A DNA stretch of 16,611 bases from Candidatus Bathyarchaeum sp. (GCA_026014495.1 JAOZIF010000092.1:1-16611), one strand, 5' to 3'. Positions 7,962 to 15,672 are shown, numbered from the stretch's first letter. Notes: a model not told the origin generated them from the letters alone. Made by a program: numbers and translations.

Positions 7962-8648
7962 ATGAATACCGAAGAAACAACAGTCACAAACCAAGCAGAA
8001 GAATACCTTGAGGCAATCTACCGCCTAGAAAATAAAGTAGGCTCTGCCAGAACCATGGACCTTTCCAGAAAACTGGGAGTCGTTCCAGGTTCGATTACAA
8101 ACACAATCGAAAACCTAGAAAAAAAAGGACTTGTCATCCACGAACCATACAAAGGAGTGAAGCTAACTGACAGCGGACGAAAAATCGCGTCAAGCATCCT
8201 AAGAAGACACCGTCTCGCAGAAAGGTTACTAACAGACTTTTTGCACCTAGACTGGAGCGAAGTTCACGACCCAGCATGCAAACTAGAACACGCCCTTTCA
8301 CCTGAAATACTCAAGCCACTAGAGAAAGCACTAGGGCACCCAAAAAGATGCCCTCACGGAAATCCGATACCAACAAATTGTGGAGGAATCCTCGAAGAAA
8401 AAACAATAGTCCTCACTGAACTTGACGCAAAAACCAGTGGAGTTATTATAAAGATAACAGAGGAAAAAACTGAGACTCTAAAACAGCTTACTAAACTAAA
8501 ACTTACACCTGGACAAACAGTGCAAGTTGAACAGGTAAACCCTACAGGTTCTGTGACACTACAAGTCAGGAGCCAAAAATGCACAATCGAGCCCAATGTG
8601 GCGTCAGTAATCTATGTTAAAAAAAGCGAGGAAACGGTGGGAAACTGA
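7962..8648 (+). CDS. DtxR/IdeR/MntR-family metal-dependent transcriptional repressor with C-terminal FeoA-like SH3 domain
   Basis: EEYLEAIY, wHTH (DLSRKLGVVPGSITNTIENLEKKGLV), RRHRLAERLL, ACKLEH, CPHGNPIP, and a C-terminal LKLTPGQTVQV SH3-like domain. Confidence 0.93.
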   Translation: MNTEETTVTNQAEEYLEAIYRLENKVGSARTMDLSRKLGVVPGSITNTIENLEKKGLVIHEPYKGVKLTDSGRKIASSILRRHRLAERLLTDFLHLDWSEVHDPACKLEHALSPEILKPLEKALGHPKRCPHGNPIPTNCGGILEEKTIVLTELDAKTSGVIIKITEEKTETLKQLTKLKLTPGQTVQVEQVNPTGSVTLQVRSQKCTIEPNVASVIYVKKSEETVGN

Positions 8649-8944
8649 TGGAATTACCATTAACATCACTAAAAAACGGCGAAACTGCAGTTATACAGTC
8701 TACAGATTGCAGATTAGAAGGAAAAAAACTGTGTAGAAACAAAACAAAAAAAGGATGCAATAAAAAGTTTGCAAATGAACTTTGCATCAAAAGACTTACA
8801 GATTTGGGTCTGACTCCAGGCACCAAAGTGACTGTTATAAAATCAGCGCCATTCAACGGACCCCTAGAAATCAGTGTTAGAGGCTCAAGGCTAGCAATAG
8901 GAAGGGGAATGGCTAGTAGAATACTTGTGGATGTAGAAAGATGA
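8648..8944 (+). CDS. feoA: Ferrous iron transport protein A, with a 4-Cys insertion
   Basis: LTSLKNGETAVI...KRLTDLGLTPGTKVTVIKSAPFNGPLEISVRGSRLAIGRG. TGATG overlap with the DtxR stop. Confidence 0.9.
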   Translation: MELPLTSLKNGETAVIQSTDCRLEGKKLCRNKTKKGCNKKFANELCIKRLTDLGLTPGTKVTVIKSAPFNGPLEISVRGSRLAIGRGMASRILVDVER

Positions 8945-10872
8945 CCAATAACCATTTTACAATTGCGTTGGCAGGAAACGCGAACGTAGGGAAATCTGTA
9001 ATATTCAATCAGCTAACAGGTTTGCATCAGCACATTGGAAACTGGCCTGGAAAAACAGTTGAAAAAGCAGAAGGAACTCTGCATTTCAAAGGCTACACAA
9101 TAGACATAATTGACCTACCAGGAATTTACTCACTATCAACATTTTCTATAGAAGAGTTAGTCTCAAGAGAGTACATCGCAACCGAAAAGCCAGATTTGGT
9201 AATAAATGTTGTAGATGCCTCGCTTCTTGAACGAAATCTGTTTTTCACGTTGCAGCTTCTGGAACTGGAAACTCCCCTGCTAATAGCGTTAAACCAGATA
9301 GACATGGCAAAGAAAAAGGGAATTCTCATAGACTGCCAGAAAGCAGAGAAACTTTTGGGGGTACCAGTTGTTCCAACTGTTGCAGTGAGTGGAAAAGGCG
9401 TTTCTGATATGCTAGAAACGGCAATCCAAGTTATAGAGAAAAAAAGGAAAATAGTCCCCCTAAAGCCACGATATGGAAAAGAAATTGAAGAGCGAATTGA
9501 AAAACTAGTCAAAATACTTAACAAAACACAACTAAAGTACCCCTCCAGATGGGTTGCTATAAAACTTCTTGACGAAGACAAAGAAGTTGAAAAAGATGTA
9601 CAGCAAGTAAGCCCAAAAACTGTTACAGTTGCTCAAAAACTTAGGGCAGAGCTGGAGGATATTCATGGGCACTCTTGTCCAACTGTTGTCACTTCTGAAA
9701 GGTACCAAGTTGCAAGCAGGATTTCAAAGGAAATACAGCAAATAACAAAACAAGTGAAGGCGCCCCTGCGAGAAAAGCTCCACACAGCAACAACGCACAA
9801 AGTTTTTGGCGTTCCAATAATGTTAGCTGTGATACTGGCAGTTTTTGTTGCAATATTTAGTTTTGGCGACTTCGCATCTGCCCTTTTAGGTGACCTCTTT
9901 TTTGAGTTAAAACCATCATTTGAAAGTGTTTTTGGAACAGGAATTGTTGGCGAACTAGTCTGGGGAGGACTAATGGAGGGCATTATTGGCGGAGTCACAG
10001 TTGCTTTGCCGTACATTCTTCCGTTCTATTTTATTTTGTATCTTTTCGAAGATTCAGGATATCTAAGCAGAATCGCCTTTCTGATGGATAACCTAATGCA
10101 CAAAATGGGTCTGCATGGAAAAGCCTTCATTCCGGTAATGCTTAGCTTCGGATGCAATGTTCCAGGGTGTCTAGGATGCAGAATAATGGAAACATCACGT
10201 GAACGACTGCTAACTGCGTTTGTTGTCACACTTGTTCCATGCGCCGCAACATCAGTTATCATTCTTGGGCTAGTTGGCAACTACGTTGGCATACAATGGG
10301 CCTTGGCTTTGTACATAGTCAATTTAGTCATAATATTTGTTCTCGGAAGAATTGCATTCAAAGCGCTGCCCGGCGAGCCCACCGAATTAATCATGGAGAT
10401 GAGCGACTACCGAGTGCCCCACATAAAAACGGTTGCAAAACAAACATGGTTTAGGCTAAAAGAATTCATAGTCATGGCGTTTCCCCTCATAATTGCAGGC
10501 AGCATTGTAATCAAAATCGCAGAGGTGACAAACTTGCTGGAACCAATCGCAAACTTGTCTAGCCCAATAACAGTTGCTTGGCTGGGACTGCCAGCAGTTA
10601 CAGGAATAGCATTAATCTTTGGTGTGCTACGAAAAGAGTTAACGTTGATAATGCTTGCTAGTTTGCTGGGAACAACAAATTTTGCTTTAGTTATGACTCC
10701 AGTTCAAATGATTGTTTTCACGCTAGTTGTTATGTTATACATACCGTGTGTAGCAACCATTGGGGCTTTGGTTAAAGAGTTTGGCTGGAAGAAAGCATTA
10801 ACAATCACTGTAATTGAAATCGCACTAGCTCTACTAGTGGGAGGCATAGCCTTCAGGCTACTTACAATATAA
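8941..10872 (+). CDS. feoB: Ferrous iron transport protein B
   Basis: G1 GNANVGKS, G2 NWPGKTVE, G3 DLPG, G4 NQID. The membrane domain has gate motifs EDSGYLSR, FGCNVPG and VPCAA. ATGA overlap with feoA. Confidence 0.96.
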   Translation: MTNNHFTIALAGNANVGKSVIFNQLTGLHQHIGNWPGKTVEKAEGTLHFKGYTIDIIDLPGIYSLSTFSIEELVSREYIATEKPDLVINVVDASLLERNLFFTLQLLELETPLLIALNQIDMAKKKGILIDCQKAEKLLGVPVVPTVAVSGKGVSDMLETAIQVIEKKRKIVPLKPRYGKEIEERIEKLVKILNKTQLKYPSRWVAIKLLDEDKEVEKDVQQVSPKTVTVAQKLRAELEDIHGHSCPTVVTSERYQVASRISKEIQQITKQVKAPLREKLHTATTHKVFGVPIMLAVILAVFVAIFSFGDFASALLGDLFFELKPSFESVFGTGIVGELVWGGLMEGIIGGVTVALPYILPFYFILYLFEDSGYLSRIAFLMDNLMHKMGLHGKAFIPVMLSFGCNVPGCLGCRIMETSRERLLTAFVVTLVPCAATSVIILGLVGNYVGIQWALALYIVNLVIIFVLGRIAFKALPGEPTELIMEMSDYRVPHIKTVAKQTWFRLKEFIVMAFPLIIAGSIVIKIAEVTNLLEPIANLSSPITVAWLGLPAVTGIALIFGVLRKELTLIMLASLLGTTNFALVMTPVQMIVFTLVVMLYIPCVATIGALVKEFGWKKALTITVIEIALALLVGGIAFRLLTI

Positions 10873-10995
10873 AAAGGCAGTATTACAAAAAGACAAGGAA
10901 CATATACTGTATAAAGCAAAAACAAATCAACGTATTTTAAACCCAAAATTTTTATATTACATAAGATACAAAAACAAAAATCAAGGGGTTATTGA

Positions 10996-11424
10996 ATGGG
11001 TGAAAAAAACAGTTCAAATCAACTTACAATTGTTTTAGGAATAACATGTGTCGTACTGGCTGTCATTATAGTTCTGATGGCGTCCAACATCATCCCAACA
11101 TTAGACAGCAACAGAGAAGCAAAACTTGTTAACGTAGGCTTAGGAGCCCGAGATATGGGCCAAACTTCTAACGATCGTATACTTAGAATCGAAGGATATG
11201 TTTGCAATGTCGGAATTGAAACAGCATACAAAACTCGCCTTCACGTAGTTTCAGACTACGCAGCAGGAGGCAACGCTATAGACACATACATCGATATTGG
11301 CATAGGTAATGGTGGAGTCATATATGGTGGAGATTCTACCAAAGTATCCATTGACATCCCATATTCAGCTGATGCAGCCCTTGGAAGCTGGACACTAACG
11401 CCAATATGGAGTAACACACCATAA
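10996..11424 (+). CDS. Hypothetical membrane-anchored protein with a small extracellular beta-sandwich-like domain
   Basis: N-terminal hydrophobic helix (LTIVLGITCVVLAVIIVLMA), then a beta-rich segment (LRIEGYVCNVG...TKVSIDIPY). TATA-like TTTATATT and RBS-like AGGGG upstream. Confidence 0.75.
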   Translation: MGEKNSSNQLTIVLGITCVVLAVIIVLMASNIIPTLDSNREAKLVNVGLGARDMGQTSNDRILRIEGYVCNVGIETAYKTRLHVVSDYAAGGNAIDTYIDIGIGNGGVIYGGDSTKVSIDIPYSADAALGSWTLTPIWSNTP

Positions 11425-11428
11425 ACCC

Positions 11429-11444
11429 TTTTTTTCCCTTTTTT
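11429..11444 (+). terminator. Archaeal oligo-T terminator
   Basis: T7-CCC-T6 starting 4 nt after the stop at 11424. Confidence 0.55.
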
Positions 11445-11451
11445 GAAAAAC

Positions 11452-11465
11452 TGTGAATAAAGCGT
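11452..11465 (+). repeat. 14-bp intergenic motif TGTGAATAAAGCGT, copy 2
   Basis: Exact reverse-complement match to 5263-5276. Confidence 0.35.
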
Positions 11466-11491
11466 AGCTTAGGCGCAGAAAACATTAGGAT

Positions 11492-11529
11492 AAAAAAGGA
11501 GATGAAAGCAAAGACGTAAATCTTTGCTT
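11492..11529 (-). terminator. Hairpin plus T-tract terminator of the oxidoreductase operon
   Basis: 9-bp stem AAGCAAAGA/TCTTTGCTT (11506-11514/11521-11529) with a 6-nt loop. On the minus strand it is followed by TCATCTCCTTTTTT. Lies about 30 nt after the stop at 11561. Confidence 0.6.
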
Positions 11530-11560
11530 ACTGAAAGTTACACCAATTTTTTCATGTAAA

Positions 11561-12757
11561 TCAAGTTGTGCGTGCCAGTTTCTTGGGATATGTAATCATC
11601 GTCCAGAACGGATAACCTGAAATTTTCTTTGATATCGACTTAGGTGTTATCGCGTTTGTTGGACAGTAGTGGGCACATGCTAAACAGTGTGCACAATCAG
11701 TGCTGGCAAAGGGTTCGTTTAATCCCGTGATTGTAACTGTGTTGCTTCCTCTGTTAGCAAAGTTGATGACTTTTTGACCTGAGAGGTTAGCGCACGCGCG
11801 AACACATCTTCCACACAGGATACAACGGTTGGGGTCTTTGACAAGAACCTCGTTTGAGTCATCGACAATTTCATCCTTTTTGGGAAGGCTGAAACGGTTT
11901 TCTGTTATTTTGTATCGACGCATCCAGTAGCGTATGTCTCTACTTTGCTGTATCTCATCTCCACATTCGGCGATAATCATCTGCAGAATCGACTTTCTAA
12001 GCTTAGTGATTTCTTCATCTTCGGTTGTGACAATCATTCCTTCTTCTATCTGAGTGCAGCAGGATGGAACTAGACCTCGTTTGCCTTCAATTTTCACTAG
12101 ACACATTCGGCAAGCTCCAATAGAACCTAGACTGGAGTCATAGCATAGATGTGGGATTCGTATCCGGTTAGCAGATAGCTCATCTAGCAGGTTAGCGTCT
12201 TTCTTTACTTCAACAGGCTTGCCATCTACAGTTATGGTAATCTTTTCTGGGTTAGGCTCTTTGTCAGCATCAAAGAATTTTGGATACAAATTGAATTGTT
12301 CCACTAGCATGGTTAAAGTGTAGCCTTCTGGTTCTGGTGCTAGACCGGTAGTTGGTAGAGGCGAAGTTAGGATAGGCCCTTTTTTGTTACTGAAGTTTCC
12401 GGACCCAAATGTTTTCGCAGTTGCTATTACCTTCTTTTTGGGAAACACAGTTTTTACACATTGATAGCCAATTTCGCATGTTAGAAGAATTATGGCTGTA
12501 GATTCGTTGAAGATGTCTTCGTGTGCTGCTTTGTGCTTCTTTGCTAGGTTAATTTGACAAGATTCACTTACAAGTTCCTTTTTGAGAACAGTGTAGCCAT
12601 CTTCTTTGAGCAAATCCTCTAGTGCAGTCATCTTTTCCATTCCTGCGATGCCACAGTGCTTCACACATGTGTCGCAACTCCAGATTACGATTTTATCGTC
12701 GTGGTTCAAGTTTCGTTTAAGTTCATCATACGATAAAGAACGAACAGATATTATCAT
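11561..12757 (-). CDS. Fusion: MetV-N-terminal-like Cys domain plus HydA/NuoG-type N-terminal Fe-S relay ([2Fe-2S] and 2x[4Fe-4S]); no catalytic domain
   Basis: N-terminal half has SCDTCVKHCG...ESC...LTCEIG. C-terminal half has ITVDGKPVEV...PHLCY...GACRMCLV...PSCC ([2Fe-2S]), CILCGRCVRAC and CAHCLACAHYCP. Start placed at ATG 12757 (ATGA overlap, RBS GGTGAGGTG); 398 aa. Confidence 0.8.
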   Translation of the reverse strand: MIISVRSLSYDELKRNLNHDDKIVIWSCDTCVKHCGIAGMEKMTALEDLLKEDGYTVLKKELVSESCQINLAKKHKAAHEDIFNESTAIILLTCEIGYQCVKTVFPKKKVIATAKTFGSGNFSNKKGPILTSPLPTTGLAPEPEGYTLTMLVEQFNLYPKFFDADKEPNPEKITITVDGKPVEVKKDANLLDELSANRIRIPHLCYDSSLGSIGACRMCLVKIEGKRGLVPSCCTQIEEGMIVTTEDEEITKLRKSILQMIIAECGDEIQQSRDIRYWMRRYKITENRFSLPKKDEIVDDSNEVLVKDPNRCILCGRCVRACANLSGQKVINFANRGSNTVTITGLNEPFASTDCAHCLACAHYCPTNAITPKSISKKISGYPFWTMITYPKKLARTT

Positions 12758-13236
12758 GCCAAACACCTCACCTTGATTTTTTCGCCAACAAGTGGCTCTC
12801 CAGTGTTTATCCGATACTCTTTACCCAGTTCTTCTTCATGATTCTTGTAAGGCATAACTACTTTGAAGATTTCTTTGTCAGTGTCAGTCACTACCAAGCC
12901 AATGTCTTCTGTGACCTGCACCACTTTCTTGTCAGCAAAGTTTCGCGTAAAACAGGACCACCCTGCAGAACAAGAAAGAACAATGATTGTGTTAGCGTCC
13001 AAATCAAGCTTTGCTTCTCTAAGTATAGGCTCTGAGCAAGCATACAATACGACAGCTTCGTCAGTGACGTGGTAGCCGTCCCGAATTAGCCTTAAGCCTA
13101 ACTCGTTGAGTTTGTTTAGTCCACCATTTCCACATGTTCTGGCACAAGTATTGCAGCTAATTATAGCAATCTTGTCTTCTTTTTTATCTAGTTTCTTGAT
13201 TATTTCCTCGTAGGGCTCAATTTTCGAAAAGATCAT
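12754..13236 (-). CDS. MetV (MTHFR small subunit) N-terminal-domain-like Cys protein, lacking the MetV C-terminal Cys-rich domain
   Basis: MIFSKIEPYEEII...KIAIISCNTCARTCGNGG...YAC...VLSCSAG matches my recollection of the MetV N-terminal pattern (MI...KP.EEI...GC..CA..C..GG...C...LAC.GAG). Start placed at ATG 13236 (ATGA overlap with the upstream stop); 160 aa. Confidence 0.7.
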   Translation of the reverse strand: MIFSKIEPYEEIIKKLDKKEDKIAIISCNTCARTCGNGGLNKLNELGLRLIRDGYHVTDEAVVLYACSEPILREAKLDLDANTIIVLSCSAGWSCFTRNFADKKVVQVTEDIGLVVTDTDKEIFKVVMPYKNHEEELGKEYRINTGEPLVGEKIKVRCLA

Positions 13237-15044
13237 TGAGTACAACCCTCCTCCAGTTTCACAGATTTTTCACAAATCATTCCAGGCACCTTTTCAATTG
13301 CATCAAACGGACAGGCTTCTGCGCAAGTTCCACATTTGATACATTTAGTTTGGTCTATAGTAGGTGTAGAGCCTTTCTCGCCTGAAATCGCCTGAACAGG
13401 ACAGCTTTTAACACACACCAAACAGCCTTTGCATTTCTCAGAATCCATACAATAGGTCACAAGTGGTTTACAGACTAGTGCTTCACATTTCTTAGAGTTG
13501 ATGTGATCAGCATATTCATTCTCAAAGTATCTGAGCGTTGTTAGTATCGGGTTTGATGCTGTTCTGCCTAGTGCACACAAACAAGCTTGTTGCATTACAT
13601 CGCTGGTTTCTTTTAGTAATTCTATGTCGTCAGCAGTGCCTTCGCCATTAGTGATTCGCTTCAATGTTTCATGCATTAACCGAGTTCCTATCCGCCCAAC
13701 AGAGCATTTACCACAGGACTCAGCAGTTGTGAATGAAAGGAAGAATCGAGCCATATCAACCATACAGTTTGTGTTATCCAGCACTACCATACCGCCAGAA
13801 CCCATAATGGCTCCTGCGCTTTGGAGACTGTCATAATCCATTTGCAAATCAAATCGGTCTGCAGGAACACAGCCACCGCTTGGTCCACCAAGTTGAACTG
13901 CTTTGATGGTTTTGCCTTTTGGAGGTCCTCCGGCTAGGTCATACAACAGCGTTTTAATTGGTGTCCCAATTGGCACTTCGTAAGCACCAGTTCTTGTTAC
14001 AGCACCAGTTACACAGTACATCTTTGTTCCTTTGCTTTTCTCTGTGCCCAAGGCAGCAAATTTTTCCCAGCCTTCAGCCATAATTGTTGCTACATGAGCA
14101 AGCGTCTCAACATTGTTTATGATAGTAGGCATACCCCAAAGACCCTTAACAGCAGGAAACGGAGGTCTCTGAAGTGGATTAGCTCGTTCACCCTGTATTG
14201 CAGCAATCATTGCTGTTTCTTCACCGCAAACGAACGCACCTGCACTCAGGAAAACTTCTATGTCAAAACAATAACCGCTACCAAGAATGTTTCCACCCAA
14301 GAAACCTTTCTCTCTAGCGTCTTCAGCAGCTTTCAGTAGACGTTTAGCAGCTAGGGGTTTTTCTGCACGGACAAATACGAAGCCTTTGTGAGCCCCGATT
14401 GCATGCCCTGCTATGATTAGCCCTTCTAAGATCCGGTGGGGATCAGATTCTGCCAAAAGCCGGTTCATGAATGCTCCGGGGTCACCTTCGTCACAGTTTG
14501 CAATCATGTATTTTACATTGCTTGGCTGTTCTTTGCAGATATTCCATTTTATCCATGTTGGAAAACCTGCGCCTCCTCTGCCTCGTAGGTTTGCTTTTTT
14601 TAATTCGTCTATTGTTTCTTCAGGTTTTCTGTCCAAACATTTTTTGAGCCCTTGATAGCCTCCAACAGCCACATAATCGTCTATTGATTCAGGATTGATT
14701 ATTCCACATTTTCCAGAAATCCATCTAACCTGATTTTTCCAGACATCAAGTTCATCTAAGGATGGAACGTTGCTTCCGTCAGGTTTTCTGAACCTGAATG
14801 CGTAGGCGCTTGAGTAGTCTTCATCTAAGTATTCGCGAATAATTTGTTCAACAATGTCAGGTGTTACATTAGCATAAATTACGGAAGGATAACCTTTCTT
14901 TGTCAGTTCAATCCAAGGGTCAATAAAGTCTAGACCCATACAGCCTACGGGAGTTATCTCTACATCCAAACCCATTAGGTTAACAGTATGGTTTATGCTT
15001 TGTAGAACTTCGTCAGCCCCAGCAGCAATTGTGCAACTAGCCAT
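13233..15044 (-). CDS. HydB/NuoF/HndC-like NAD(H)-binding FMN subunit (bifurcating-type architecture); true N-terminus uncertain
   Basis: Thioredoxin-like N-domain, LRGRGGAGFPT, CDEGDPGAFMNR, GAFVCGEETA, INNVETLA, SLBB domain with GGPSGG, ESCGKC, H..x..KKCEALVC, and a C-terminal 2x[4Fe-4S] domain (CKGCLVCVKSCP, CIKCGTCAEACP). Confidence 0.9.
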   Translation of the reverse strand: MASCTIAAGADEVLQSINHTVNLMGLDVEITPVGCMGLDFIDPWIELTKKGYPSVIYANVTPDIVEQIIREYLDEDYSSAYAFRFRKPDGSNVPSLDELDVWKNQVRWISGKCGIINPESIDDYVAVGGYQGLKKCLDRKPEETIDELKKANLRGRGGAGFPTWIKWNICKEQPSNVKYMIANCDEGDPGAFMNRLLAESDPHRILEGLIIAGHAIGAHKGFVFVRAEKPLAAKRLLKAAEDAREKGFLGGNILGSGYCFDIEVFLSAGAFVCGEETAMIAAIQGERANPLQRPPFPAVKGLWGMPTIINNVETLAHVATIMAEGWEKFAALGTEKSKGTKMYCVTGAVTRTGAYEVPIGTPIKTLLYDLAGGPPKGKTIKAVQLGGPSGGCVPADRFDLQMDYDSLQSAGAIMGSGGMVVLDNTNCMVDMARFFLSFTTAESCGKCSVGRIGTRLMHETLKRITNGEGTADDIELLKETSDVMQQACLCALGRTASNPILTTLRYFENEYADHINSKKCEALVCKPLVTYCMDSEKCKGCLVCVKSCPVQAISGEKGSTPTIDQTKCIKCGTCAEACPFDAIEKVPGMICEKSVKLEEGCTQ

Positions 15045-15079
15045 TGGAACTTTGATTTTGAGCTCTGACGCACCATATA

Positions 15080-15646
15080 TTATTTCTTCGGGTAAACTAT
15101 CAATTTTCGTTCTGGTTCACTCTCCTGTTTTTTGGCTTTTTCTCGATATTCTGCCAAAATTTTCTTCAGTGCCTTCTGGTCAACATGACCATAAAGTCGC
15201 TGATAATCGCCCGTGCTATCAGTGACCATGACTACAGGCGCTAAACTACAACACCCGAAACACCGTGCAGCCTCAAGACTGAAAACTTTGTCTTTGGTAA
15301 GATGCTGACCATGCTTCAAATCAAGAAGCAACCGCAGGTGCTCGAAATTGTCTGCGTTTCCTTTTGCGTGGCAACCTGTTCCCATGCACACTTGAATCAC
15401 ATACATGCCTGGAGGTTGAAGCCTAAACTGATGATAAAACGTGGCAACACCATAAACTTCACTAAAAGAGACACCCAGATTGACTGCAATCAGTCTCAAA
15501 CTTTCTTTTGGCAAGTATCCATGTCTTTCTTGAACTGCCTGAAGCACCTGAATTAAATCCTTACGAGCAGCACCTTTTGTTATTTTTAAAATGAACTGTT
15601 TCAGTTCAGTCTCTTCTGTAGATGGAAGAACTATAGATTTTTGCAT
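15080..15646 (-). CDS. HydC/NuoE/HndA-like [2Fe-2S] subunit
   Basis: LIQVLQAVQERHGYLP, VYGVATFYHQF, VCMGTGC and RCFGCCSLAPVVMV (CX4C...CX3C). RBS AGGCGG. Confidence 0.92.
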   Translation of the reverse strand: MQKSIVLPSTEETELKQFILKITKGAARKDLIQVLQAVQERHGYLPKESLRLIAVNLGVSFSEVYGVATFYHQFRLQPPGMYVIQVCMGTGCHAKGNADNFEHLRLLLDLKHGQHLTKDKVFSLEAARCFGCCSLAPVVMVTDSTGDYQRLYGHVDQKALKKILAEYREKAKKQESEPERKLIVYPKK

Positions 15647-15672
15647 TTGTGGATCCGCCTAGCTGTTTTTTA

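Noticed and set aside
11503-11520. Mini-ORF AGGAG-ATG AAA GCA AAG ACG TAA (MKAKT*)
   Set aside because: The RBS abuts the ATG with no spacer, and the sequence is explained as the complement of the minus-strand terminator hairpin and pyrimidine tract.
12754-13236. A complete methylene-THF reductase (metVF)
   Set aside because: Only MetV-N-like domains are present. There is no C-terminal MetV Cys domain and no metF in the window.
11561-15646. Calling the operon an [FeFe]-hydrogenase, formate dehydrogenase or respiratory complex I
   Set aside because: No H-cluster motifs (TSCCP, MPC..K..E, ExMACPGGC), no Mo/W-bisPGD domain and no membrane Nuo subunits. The A-like subunit ends right after its second [4Fe-4S] motif.
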